A stretch of DNA of 64,000 nucleotides from Eledone cirrhosa (Eukaryota): NCBI GenBank assembly GCA_964016885.1, contig OZ024742.1, forward strand, positions 210,118,001-210,182,000, read 5' to 3'. The translations under genes were made by a program, and so were the position numbers. The notes beneath the pieces were generated by a model that had not been told where the DNA came from, ran no database searches, and saw nothing but the letters and a program-made list of their open reading frames with translations. Numbering within the stretch: the stretch's first letter is position 1; every line of letters starts with the position of its first letter. Positions 1-10,568 of the stretch are shown one piece after another.

Positions 1-320
1 AACTAACTACTGGCACTCCGTCGGTTACGACGACGAGTGTTCCAGTTGCTACGATCAACGGAACCGCCTGCTCGTGAAATTAACGTGCAAGTGGCTGAGC
101 ATTCCACAGAAACGCGTACCCTTATCGTAGTTCTCATCGTGACACAGTATGTGACAAGGCGAGATTTTCGAATTACAGGCACAACTCATTTTTGCCAGCT
201 GCGTGGACTGGAGCAGAGTGAAATAAAGTGTCTTGCTGAAGGACACAACGTGCCGCTGAGAATCGAGTTCACAACCTTACGATTGTTAGTCGAATAGCCT
301 AACCACAAAGCCACGCTCCT
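1..320 (-). mobile_element. tRNA-derived SINE, family A (runs off left edge)
   Basis: The minus strand begins AGGAGCGTGGCTTTGTGGTTAGG (A-box-like), then GAACTCGATTCTC (B-box-like), then GTGTCCTTCAGCAAGACACTTTATTTCAC. The same head and body recur at 55260-55475. Confidence 0.8.
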
Positions 321-408
321 TCATCCTCTCACATGTATATATATATGATAGAGGCGTATAAGGAAACATTTACAATATGTATGATAAACATATATGTCTC
401 GCTGTGAT

Positions 409-714
409 CAGGGTTGGATTTAGACCTTGGGGAGCACGGGGCACTTCAGATTGGGGGGTGGCTCATACACAGAAATTAGAATACACAGGAAACCCCCCAA
501 TTTTACGTATCAAAGTTAGCTTGGTGCAACTAGTTGGAATTGAAAAGTTATTTATTCAGGTATTAAATTCAAAAATTCTAACCATCCTAAAACTAAAAAA
601 ATCCACCTGAGGGCACAAATAAATTGTTATGGCCGTTGCTGATCCCCCCCCCCCCCACACACACACTGCAAGGGGGCCAATTGCTTCCTTTGCTCCCCAT
701 TAAATCTGGCCCTG
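409..714. mobile_element. MITE-like element with ~14-bp imperfect TIRs
   Basis: CAGGGTTGGATTTA at 409 and TAAATCTGGCCCTG ending at 714; non-coding interior. Confidence 0.5.
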
Positions 715-881
715 GCCTTTAATCATGTCACAGCTACCTTAGTAACCGTGTGAGGATAAGAGAGACTCACAGCGCGACTTATATATGTTTATTATACATA
801 AACATACCATATATGCTTCCATATAAGCCTTTATTGTTGTGTATTAGTACTACTGCTAATTAATATATGTTATAGTAATTT

Positions 882-1950
882 CAGGGGCGGTGGAACTGGA
901 AGTAGGGGGAAGGAGACCCCCCTCCGCGCCCGCCCCCCAAAAAGAACAAAAATAGTAATTATTATTATTATAAATAAAGTACCAGTAATGCACTGGGTAA
1001 TTGCTGGCCTTGTGCCTAAAGTAGAAACAATTATTATTATATTTTTCTCCCCAAACTACCAAAACACACACCTATTTGTATATGCGCTACAATTTATGTA
1101 CATGTTATGTAGATATAGATGGAAGACATAGATACAGATATAGAGAGGGGGAGAGTTTCATAGTAATTGATATAGAGAGGAAGGTTGGGTGAGTGTGTTG
1201 TAGATTACATATAGAGAGGGAGAGGGATTGATATTTATTGATATAGAGAGGAGGATTGGTAAGAACATTCCGTGTAGTAGATATAAAGAGGGGCAGGGTT
1301 TGATGTTAATTGATATAGAGAGGGTGATTGGGAGAGTATGTTGTATGATTGATGTAGAGAGGGGAAGAGTTTGGTTTTACTTGCTATAGAGAGGAGGATT
1401 AGAAGAGAGTTCCGAGTAGTAGATATAGAGCGGGGGACATTTTGGTATTAATGAATAGAATGAGAGGATAGATAGAGGTGGATATTGATAGATATAGAGA
1501 GGGGGGGGGGCGTTTGGTAGTGATGGATAAATTGAGAGGGAATGAGAGAGAGTTTTGTATGGTAGATATAAAGAGGGGGATAGTTTGCTGGTAATTGATA
1601 TATAGAGGGGGTGGGAGAGTGTGTTGTATATTAGATATAGAGAGGGGAAGAGATTGATGTTTATTGATATAGAGAGGATGTGGTAGGGATGGCGAGGGTG
1701 AGAGTTTAGAGATGATTGCTATATAGAGAGGATAGTGAGAGTGTTTTGTATGTTAGATATAGAGATGGGGATAATTTGGTGGTTGTAGATATAGAGAAAA
1801 GATGATAAGAGAGTGCCGTGTAGTAGACATGGGGATGGTCCCAAATAATAAGAGGTGTGGGAATGAGAGGGTGTGCTTGTAAAATTGGTAATTGTATAGT
1901 TTAGTTTCGTAGATAAGGGTTTTCTTGTAATGTTATTTTTTTATCGTATA
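882..1950 (+). mobile_element. Long form of the CAGGGG-terminated MITE family, with internal degenerate GA-rich ~30-bp minisatellite
   Basis: Starts CAGGGGCGGTGGAACTGG and carries the family core TTTCTCCCCAAACTACCAAAACACACA. Many GATATAGAGAGGGG units follow (1130-1830). A SINE-B tail is inserted at ~973-1030. Confidence 0.7.
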
Positions 1951-2082
1951 TAATGTTTTTTTAATGTAAAATAAAATAGTTAGACCTGAGAGTACGTGAA
2001 TTATTGACGGACGTAAGAATGGAAACTCAATACCGAAGTAGAATTTAAATATTAATTTATTATGACTAAGTGAAGAACCTTG

Positions 2083-2168
2083 TTACTCTGGAGTTTCACC
2101 TGTGTACTTAAAGGATCATTAGATATGGCTGGTGATCCTGTGAGTGCGCAGGTGAAACTTTAGAGTTA
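2083..2168. ncRNA. 40-bp hairpin whose arms are two degenerate hammerhead cores of opposite polarity
   Basis: Arms 2083-2122 and 2129-2168 give 31 WC pairs, 7 GU pairs and 2 mismatches. Plus strand: CTGGTGA-TCCTG..CAGG-T-GAAA-CTTTAGAG-TT. Minus strand: CTAATGA-TCCT..AGG-T-GAAA-CTCCAGAG-TA. Confidence 0.7.
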
Positions 2169-2195
2169 CACAGCTCCCCAATACCCATAATAAAT

Positions 2196-2255
<60 letters not shown>

Positions 2256-2257
<2 letters not shown>

Positions 2258-2310
2258 GTAAGTATGTATGTATACGTACATACATATATGTATACAGACG
2301 TACAGTAGCA

Positions 2311-2390
<80 letters not shown>

Positions 2391-2659
2391 TATACATACA
2401 GGTACACATACATATATGCACGTATCAGTTTAGCGGACGCTTATTATAACGCCGCTTTGTTCGTTTGTAAACAAACTGAACAGCCTGAATTTATGCCATA
2501 CGGTGTTAAGGCAACCACGTCACCTTTTTGTTCAACACTGTGGTTGCCTTAACACCGTATGGCATAAATTCAGGCTGTTCAGTTTGTTTACAAACGAACA
2601 AAGCGGCGTTATAATAAGCGTCCGCTAAACTGATACGTGCATATATGTATGTGTACCTG

Positions 2660-2721
<62 letters not shown>

Positions 2722-2774
2722 CTACTGTACGTCTGTATACATATATGTATGTACGTATACATACATACTTACAT
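2256..2774. repeat. Near-perfect long inverted repeat (foldback), 21-nt spacer
   Basis: 2256-2518 is the reverse complement of 2540-2774 apart from the length and interruptions of the internal (TA)n tract and about one substitution; spacer 2519-2539. Confidence 0.95.
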
Positions 2775-2832
2775 TTAAGTAAGTGCCATACTAAGAGTGA
2801 GAAATGAAATTTCGTTTTCATTTTATTTCAAC

Positions 2833-2910
<78 letters not shown>

Positions 2911-2990
2911 ACCACTGCGAAGAAGCTCGATATATCAACCACTTAGGAAAGGGTACAGAGCCTTATTTCTTTTTACATTATATATATATA

Positions 2991-3232
2991 AAGGGCGTAG
3001 GAACTGGGGGAGGGGGCAGTGGGTCCAAGATTTCCCCCGATAATTATATTTTCTCCCCAAACTACCAAAACACACATCTAATTGGATATGCGCTACAATT
3101 TACGTACATGTTATGTTTATCGCATATCGACGTTTTCTGACCATTTTAGAGTGGAAAGAGCTAAACTAATCACTACAACTAAATTGACCAAATTTGGCAC
3201 CCCCAATTCAAAAAATGCTTGCACCGCCCCTG
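2991..3232 (+). mobile_element. CAGGGG-type MITE, short form
   Basis: AAGGGCGTAGGAACTGG ... GCACCGCCCCTG; interior matches 10199-10424 and 46149-46314 in reverse; follows (TA)n. Confidence 0.75.
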
Positions 3233-4469
3233 GATTTGTAATATTATCTACGTGATTTGCATGTGTGGGTTTCTATGAGTATACAAGTATGTGCTTATTT
3301 ATCAATTTGTACTTATGAAATAAGGTCAGGCATCGTTTAGTGAAGCAATAAAACTTGGAGGTATTTGGCAAAGTCACTAATATCTGATTGCGTAGGGAGG
3401 AAAAGTAAAAAAGCCACATTAACAAGAACAATGTCAGCAATAATTATTGAAAATATATATATAACCTAGTTTGCTGGCGAAACTAAATTAATTTAGATTA
3501 GCTTGTTATAGAATATATAAGCCCGGCGTTCTGGGATGTTTTCTTTTTATATATGATCGACAGGGAGAATTATTAAATTCAAGTGTTGTTATGCTCACCT
3601 AAAATGCAATCAATTCGAGACCAAATTATCATTGCTATCTCTACTCACCTGAAGTTTACTTCTTACAGAATGAGAATTTGGTACAACCTACCCAAAATAT
3701 TGTTTCGTTTGGCTATCCCTACGGCTGCTGACACAACAAAGTGCCTTGTTTAGTTCCTCCACTTGGTCCTTGGGGAAGTTTAGCAAAGTTCTCTTTTTGC
3801 AAGTTTTAAACCTAACCATCGGCTTACTGCATATCAGCGGGGAAGAAGATGCGGCCCTATAGACATTTACCTGTATTTGTTCAGGCTGAACATTAACCAC
3901 ACCTCTCACACCAGTCTGAACACTGATTTTCTTTGCCTGACTATCCTATCCTATTCTCGGTCATCTGAAAGCCAACTTTTCAGGGGTTAACGTGCGAGGA
4001 CATTGGCAGCAGGATGTCAGATGTGATCAGTGACGAAATCTACTAATGCCGACATTTGACATTATATCACAATGTCAAATGATTTCGTTTAATTTGGTGG
4101 TGTTTATTCTTAAATGTGGCCAGTTAGATAACAGTCCTGAGTTGCAGCGTGTTAAATTATAATTATATTACCCAGTGAATTAATGACCAATGTATAATTA
4201 GTGGTGTTGGTTTAGAAAGGTGTTTACAGACGCAGAATATTAATATCATGGATATCGTAAGTACAGTGGTGCTCATAAGTGCATATACATGCATATATAC
4301 ACAGACATACATATAGATATATACATATATATCAGATATACCCGTATGTCACGCTTGTCCGCAAATGAGCAGATCTTCAATGAACACGCGCCTTACTACA
4401 ACTAGGCCCTCAAAAGAAGCGGCTTCAAGGAGGAAGTTTCCTATTATCCAGGCCCAAATACCGGATCTA

Positions 4470-5100
4470 GCAGGCGATGCCGCCGTAACATGGTTCAATC
4501 CTCCCCACAATGCTGAAGTCGTAACACCAATTGGGAAGATCTTCTTCAGACTTCTTGATAAACACTTCCCACCCCAACACCGCTACCACAATATCAACAG
4601 AAACACTTAAACTCTTCTACAGCACTACACCCAACTTTGCACAAAACATTGCTTCATCTAACAATACAAAACTCCTCTCTAACAGAAACAAAAACGATAT
4701 TAGTGGTGAGCAAACTAGAAGTTGTATCTGTCTGGATAGATCATCGTGCCCCCTCAACAATAGATGCTGAGAACGAAACGTGGTCTACCAGTGCAACGTG
4801 AGGACGGAACATTTCTACAAGGCCTACATCGGATTAACCGCTTGTGAGTTTAAAACCCGGTACTACCAACACCAACATTCATTTAGAAACCCGGCCCGAC
4901 GACAGTCTACAGCAGTTTCTGACCAAGACAACATTACCTATCATTTAATATAGGCCTACTTTTCAAGGCAAAAGCTTACTCGGGAGGACGCCGTCCGTGC
5001 AATTTATGCTCGAAGGAAACGATCCAGATGTTGTTTGCCAAGGACCAATTATTTAAAAAAAAGGATGAACTCGTTACCTCGTGTAAACACGGAATATATA
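4470..5100 (+). pseudogene. 5'-truncated Penelope-like element, RT-thumb/linker plus GIY-YIG endonuclease remnant (clade tentatively Nematis-like)
   Basis: Frames join as TWFNPP..IGKIFFRLLDKHFP..NRNT/LKLFYSTTPN..CICLDRSSCPLNNRC*ERNVVYQC..AYIGLTACEFKTRYYQHQHSFRN; frameshift and stop present. Confidence 0.85.
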
Positions 5101-5451
5101 GGACATAACTTACCCTCAAATCTCCTCACGACCCAGGTGGGTAGATCTTGGCTTCAATATCCTTCCCACTCACACACTAAGATAGAGGAAACCCTAAGCA
5201 TCCTTAGGGTTTCCTCTATCTTAGTGTGAACTCAGATCATAAAGGGACGTAACTCTATGCTGCAAAGAATGGCGTCCGGCCCTCTACCGATACTACCAAT
5301 CCATAAAACACGACATTTAGCAGGACTAAACCAGCCATTTGATCTAAACCCCCACCCTCCCGATCACTGACTACTTCCGTAGAAAAACAAAAAAAAAAAA
5401 AAAAACTTTAAAGATTTTTTTGCTTTGACTGTCTGCCCATATATGGACTGT

Positions 5452-5547
5452 ATCCCTTGATAAGTTCAGCTAGATTCGCGCCGTTCTAATACTGGCGCTT
5501 TAGTTCGGATCTAACTGTCAAAACAGCCGGAGCTCAGCCGTCGGGGT
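5452..5547 (+). ncRNA. Decayed type-I hammerhead ribozyme with long stem II, downstream of PLE
   Basis: Stem I ATCCC/GGGGT; core TTGATAA (cf. CTGATGA); stem II CAGCTAGATTCG..CGGATCTAACTG enclosing a GCGCC/GGCGC hairpin; C-AAAA (cf. C-GAAA); stem III CAGC..GCCG; GTC cleavage triplet. Confidence 0.55.
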
Positions 5548-5556
5548 CCTGAATCT

Positions 5557-5608
<52 letters not shown>

Positions 5609-5819
5609 CATACACACGCACATATGTTGATATACACTTATGCATCTTGTCGTGCGCATGTATTTAAGTTAGGTGATACACCACTGGATAGAACTGGTCA
5701 TTCCGTATAGTTAACCGTGATGTAATAGGAATTTCACCATTCCAGCCTCCTGTCATTTTACTCAATAATATATATATATATATATATATATTATTATTAT
5801 TATTATTATTATTAACAGC

Positions 5820-8800
5820 CGTGGACGCCACGGACGCCACGGAATCCGACATGGAGTTTGAGGCGGGAGTGAAGTGGCAAACGATCTACCACAAAAAAAA
5901 ACCCCCAAAAAAACCCTTAGCTTAACCCTCCAAAAGCGAAGGCACACAAAGAGTGGTAAAGGCAGCAAGGAAACTTGCAGCAACACCACCACCATCACCA
6001 CCACCAGCATCACCAAAAACACCAACAACGCAAACAAAACACACACACCAAACAGCAACAAGAAGAAAACAACAACAAAATCACCCCTCCCCCAAAAAGT
6101 ACACAGCCATAAACATGGCAAAAAAAGAACTCATACAACACATAAAGCAGCACACAGACATCACAGTAAAAAACTACTACACCCCACCAACACCAAGAAC
6201 TCTCCCGACAAACATAAGCATCATTGATATCAAAATAGAACATTACAAACCTTTAAAACAAAAATTCCCCAACGCAGTTGGAGACTTCAGAGGGTCGGTT
6301 ACCAAGAGGATATACACTGACATCCTCTTGGAAACACCCATGACCAGCCAAAGGGACGGTTCTACTGTCCCTTCACCACACGATCAAGGTAAGTGACCCT
6401 TTCTCACTTGCCCCGTTTCTCATCCAACATGGCCGTACTCAGAATAGGCAGTATAAATGCACGTGGCCTGGGGTCATCTTGGAAGCAGGGTCACCTGCTC
6501 AACGACCTCAGGTCACTAAACATAGATGTAGTGGCCATCATCGAGACCAGAATCTTCGAAGCACAAGCCTTCGCACCGATCTTCGGCGGCTATGATGTAT
6601 ACGCATCTCCCAGCCGTCCAGGATCGGGGGGGGGGAGTTGCCGTTCTTTTTCGGAGAGGCTTGGATCTCGCCATACGGGCCATCTTCCTAGACCCAGAAG
6701 GTAAGTCGGCGGTGCTGGACGTGACCGGCAGCGAAGGCAGTGCTTTCAGGCTAGTAGCCATCTACGCCCCAACAGGGGCAGGACGGTCAGATTTCTTCAG
6801 ACGTCTAGAGACCTTTCTTGGAACATCCCGCTCTTTAGTGATAGTGGGCGACTGGAACGGTATCTTGGATGCACGTTGGGATTGTGTGGGGCTAGTGGAT
6901 AGGGGAGGAGGGTGAAAGAACCTCACCAACCTGCTCAGACGTTTTGAACTGTCTGACAGGTATCGACTGGATCACCCGAATGTGCCAATGTGGACATGGA
7001 CAAACCGCATCGGATCATCCAGATCGTATCTCGATAGGGTATTCTGCAGAGAACTAGGTAAGGCCAGTATAAGTTGTCCACAATTTAAAATAGTCGACTA
7101 CACAGACCACAAATTTGTGTAATGTGAGATCTACATAGACAGACTTCATAGACAAGGGCCCGGTTACTGGAAGCTGAATGCGTCTTTCCCGGCGCTCAAA
7201 GCCTACAGAGACCGGATTAGCGTATTAGTTAAGCGGGCGTTGACGGGAGCGGACGTCAACAACAGGTGGTGGTTCGCCCTGAAAAGGGCAATTACAGTAG
7301 AGTCGATTAGGTTTAGCAAAGGACTAGTGATAGAGGAAAATAGAGTAGAGCGAGAGCTAGTCAGAAAGCTAGAAGAGGCGTTTAGGACAGGCATCGCAGC
7401 CGTCGTGCTTGCGGCGAGATTGGCACTCGACCAATTCTTCAACGCAAAACACGAAGGCTGCGTTGTCAGAGCTAGAGCGCGTGCTCTGAAACACGAGGGG
7501 AAAAAGCCGTCCAATGGGCCCGGGTGGAAGAGGCGACACGTGGCAACAAAGCAACAATTCGGTCTTTGTCTGACCAAAACGAGTGCGTGTTGCTCGAACC
7601 CGAGCAGATGTGTGAAGCTTTTCAGCAGCACTTTGCTGAACTGTTCGGGAGCAGTGGCGGGCCGAAACGCGGCATGGACTTCAGTGCATACCTCGACGGA
7701 CAGCCTCAGCTCTCGACGACCCCAGCACAGTGTTGTGAAAAGCCAATAACAGCCGGTTAAATACGGGAAGCGATGGCTAACTGCACGAGGGGTAAATCGC
7801 CAGGTTTGGATGGTCTGCCCTATGAGCTTTATGCATTTATGCCAGACTTGTTCGGTGACCTCTTGGCAGACATCTACTGCAACTGGCAGCAGACCGGGAG
7901 CATTCTCAGTTTTGTGAGCCGAGGAGCGCTGGCGCTGCTGAGAAAAGACCCGGACAAGGGGGATGTTATCGATAATTTCAGGCCCATAACCCTGCTAAAC
8001 GGTGTTGCTGTTGCTGCTGTTGCTGCTGTTGCTACCACTGGTGTTATTGTTAACACTGACGCTGCCGCTGCTACCTCCTTTGTTGTCAAATACATCAGCA
8101 GCAACCACTTCACGACCACCGCTTGATGAAGAAGAGAAAGGAGTGGCGTTCGCCTGACTTTCACTATATGACGATGAAGAAGACGAAAAGGAAAGCGAGA
8201 CTCCACGAAGAAGGAGAAGGTTGAGAATGATACCTTGCTGAATGGGTAATTTTTGTGTAGATACATGGCAAAGAAATAGATTTTTTGAATGACGCCATTT
8301 TTCTTCTTTTTTTTTTTTTGGCGGGACGTATTTGCTAAATGCAAAGTTCAAATTGGAATTTAGTCCCGAAGGGCTAAATACCGATTAATTTCGACCTCTT
8401 CAAGCGGGGGTGGCGAATGCATACATCGCGTCCGTCATCTACTACCGCCTGACCGTTGTGCCTTGTCCTAAGCCTCGCCTGACTGCGCTGAAGCGTTTGC
8501 TCTTTCGCTTTTTGTGGAAGGGACGCGCTCCGATGGTCAGACGTTCCATCTGCTGTCAACATCCGCTAGGTGGAGGGCTGGGCATGCCGTGGCTGATAAT
8601 GCGCAGACACGCGCTCAGGCTACGACATCTCCACCTCTTCCTCGACGTTGATCAGGTGTGGTCGCCGTTTGCTCGACGCGTCTTTCCCCAGCTCGTCTCC
8701 TTGTGGAGCTGCAGTCCTGGGTCAAGCGAAGACCGAGAGGGAGCGCTTGGAAACTGGAATGTCTCCAGGTGCTCACTGCCCTCTGCCAGCTAGGCACCAG

Positions 8801-9703
8801 TATCGGTGGAACATCCACCTTGGCGTTCTAGAGAGGATTAGTGGAGGGGAAGAGCGACTACGTACTTCGGGAAACTCTAGGCGTCGACAAAAATCAACTA
8901 GCCAATCTCTTCGGAAGAACTTTCCGGCCGGCGCCTATGGACAACTTCCAGAAATCCCAGGCCTGGCAGTGCTACCGAGGAGCTTTGCCAGTTCGGGATA
9001 AACTCTACAAGCATGGAGGTGCTGTCAGGCGGGCATGTCCGAGATGCGCGCAGGGCGACGAAACCGTCCTGCACGCACTCGTCCAGTGTCCGAGCATTGC
9101 TGACTTGTGGGTTTATGTCGAACACCTGCTGTCGCGTGTAGGACGGATCCAGCTATCAGCTGAGTCCATCGTGAGGATTGCCCCGCCCTCTCCCTTTAGC
9201 CGGGAAGGGCAGTCAGTTTTTATCTGTCTGGTGGCCATGGCGAAAGAGATAGTATGGTGGACACGTTTGAAAGGGCTGAAGACGAGCATTTACCTCTTCG
9301 GTAATGCCCTGATTAACTTTTGCAAATTTCATTTGAAAAAGAAAATCAGGGTAGAGAGGGAAGTGCTCTCTTCCCAGCATTTTGTTGAAAGATGGGTGAG
9401 AAAGGCAAGAATGGCCCGAGTAAATGGGCCTACTCTGAGTATGTGTCTGTAAATTAAAGGTGGAAAACTGGGAGAGGGCACTTGCCCTGGTGGTCAGGGT
9501 CACTGTGGCTTTTTAATGGGCTTTCTCTACGAATGTCCCTCAGAAGTCTCCCCCCTATTGGGGAATTTTTCATTGTTATTTTTTTTTGTTACATCCTCTG
9601 TTTTTGTTTTTTACACGCAGGAATGCCCATTTGTACCGTCCTGTATTGTCCTGTACTGTCCTTAATGTCTACTTTATGTAAACCCTTGTGGTTAATAAAG
9701 AAA
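5820..9703 (+). mobile_element. L1/Tx1-type LINE, disrupted; partial ORF1-like region plus ORF2 pseudogene and 3' UTR
   Basis: APE start MAVLRIGSINARGL (6429), AIYAPT, GDWN, SYLDRVF, TDH; KSPGLDGLPYE..NFRPITLLN; C-terminal CPRCAQGDETVLHALVQC, stop at 9452; AATAAA near 9693. Homologous to ORF 61031-64000; several frameshifts and stops. Confidence 0.92.
8001..8403 (-). other. Non-LINE insert replacing the RT core; resembles the 5' end of a host gene
   Basis: LINE frame stops after NFRPITLLN (8000) and resumes at AGVANAYIAS (8404). Minus strand has AAAAATGGCG (ATG 8298) encoding MASFKKSISLPC..WSLAFLFVFFIVI, then in another frame SESQANATPFSSSSSGG..NNNTSGSNSS. Confidence 0.55.
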
Positions 9704-9719
9704 ACATTATTAAAAGAAA

Positions 9720-9754
<35 letters not shown>

Positions 9755-10198
9755 GCATTCAAAGTAAAGGATGTCATGAATGATACACAATCAAACATGT
9801 CTTGTCTCAAAAATCAGCTCAAGATAGAATTCAGAGAATAAAATCGAGCCTTAATCATTATAAGAAAGTGAATGAAATATACCCATACACAGATTAGTGT
9901 ACATTAAGATATATCAAAATTAGAGACAATCTGCACTGAATGTAAGATTACATAATTCGTTGAGTATCTTATTAAATTTAATTTAAAAAATTAAAACAAA
10001 ATACCTGATAACGATCAATATACTTCCCTCATATATATTCTCCACAAAATCAGAATACATTTCACCAAATAATAGGTATTTTGTTTTAATTTTTTATTAA
10101 ATTTAATAAGATACTCAACGAATTAGAAATTTGACTGGAATAGTTAAATTTATGAGTAGAAAGGAGAAATTTTACAATAAATATATATATATATATAT

Positions 10199-10424
10199 CA
10201 GGGGTGATGGAAGCATTTGTGAATTGGGGGCGGGGGGATTTGGACAATTTGGTTGTATTGATTAGTTTAGATCTTTGCACACTAAAATGGTCAGAAAACA
10301 TGGAATGCGATAAACATAACATGTACATAGATTGTAGCACATTTCCAAATTGATGTGTGTTTTGTTAGTTTGGGGAGAAAATATAATTATTGGAGGAGGG
10401 CAACCCCATGTTCCACCGCCACTG
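10199..10424 (-). mobile_element. CAGGGG-type MITE, short form
   Basis: TIRs CAGGGGTGATGGAA / TTCCACCGCCACTG; flanked by (TA)n and TA. Confidence 0.8.
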
Positions 10425-10480
10425 TATATGGATAATTTTTTTTTAATTATGCTCTGTGCCCTTTCCCCCTCTATATCTAG

Positions 10481-10568
10481 CTTCTTCGCATTTGGTAAGA
10501 AACTGGTATTATACCCAATTTATTCATCTCTTATATATATATATATATATAGATGAATAAATTGGGTA
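10481..10568. repeat. Inverted 18-bp element termini facing one (TA)n tract
   Basis: TACCCAATTTATTCATCT (10512-10529), (TA)n, then AGATGAATAAATTGGGTA (10551-10568). The 50-bp left block recurs at 47177-47226, again abutting (TA)n. Confidence 0.8.

Noticed and set aside
2166-3043. ORFs with poly-(YI); similar poly-(VC), (TH), V or I ORFs elsewhere
   Set aside because: Translations of microsatellites.
3560-3930. Possible ancient RT fragment on the minus strand; similar hints at 36300-37130 and 31600-31700
   Set aside because: Only vague motif resemblance; not enough to call.
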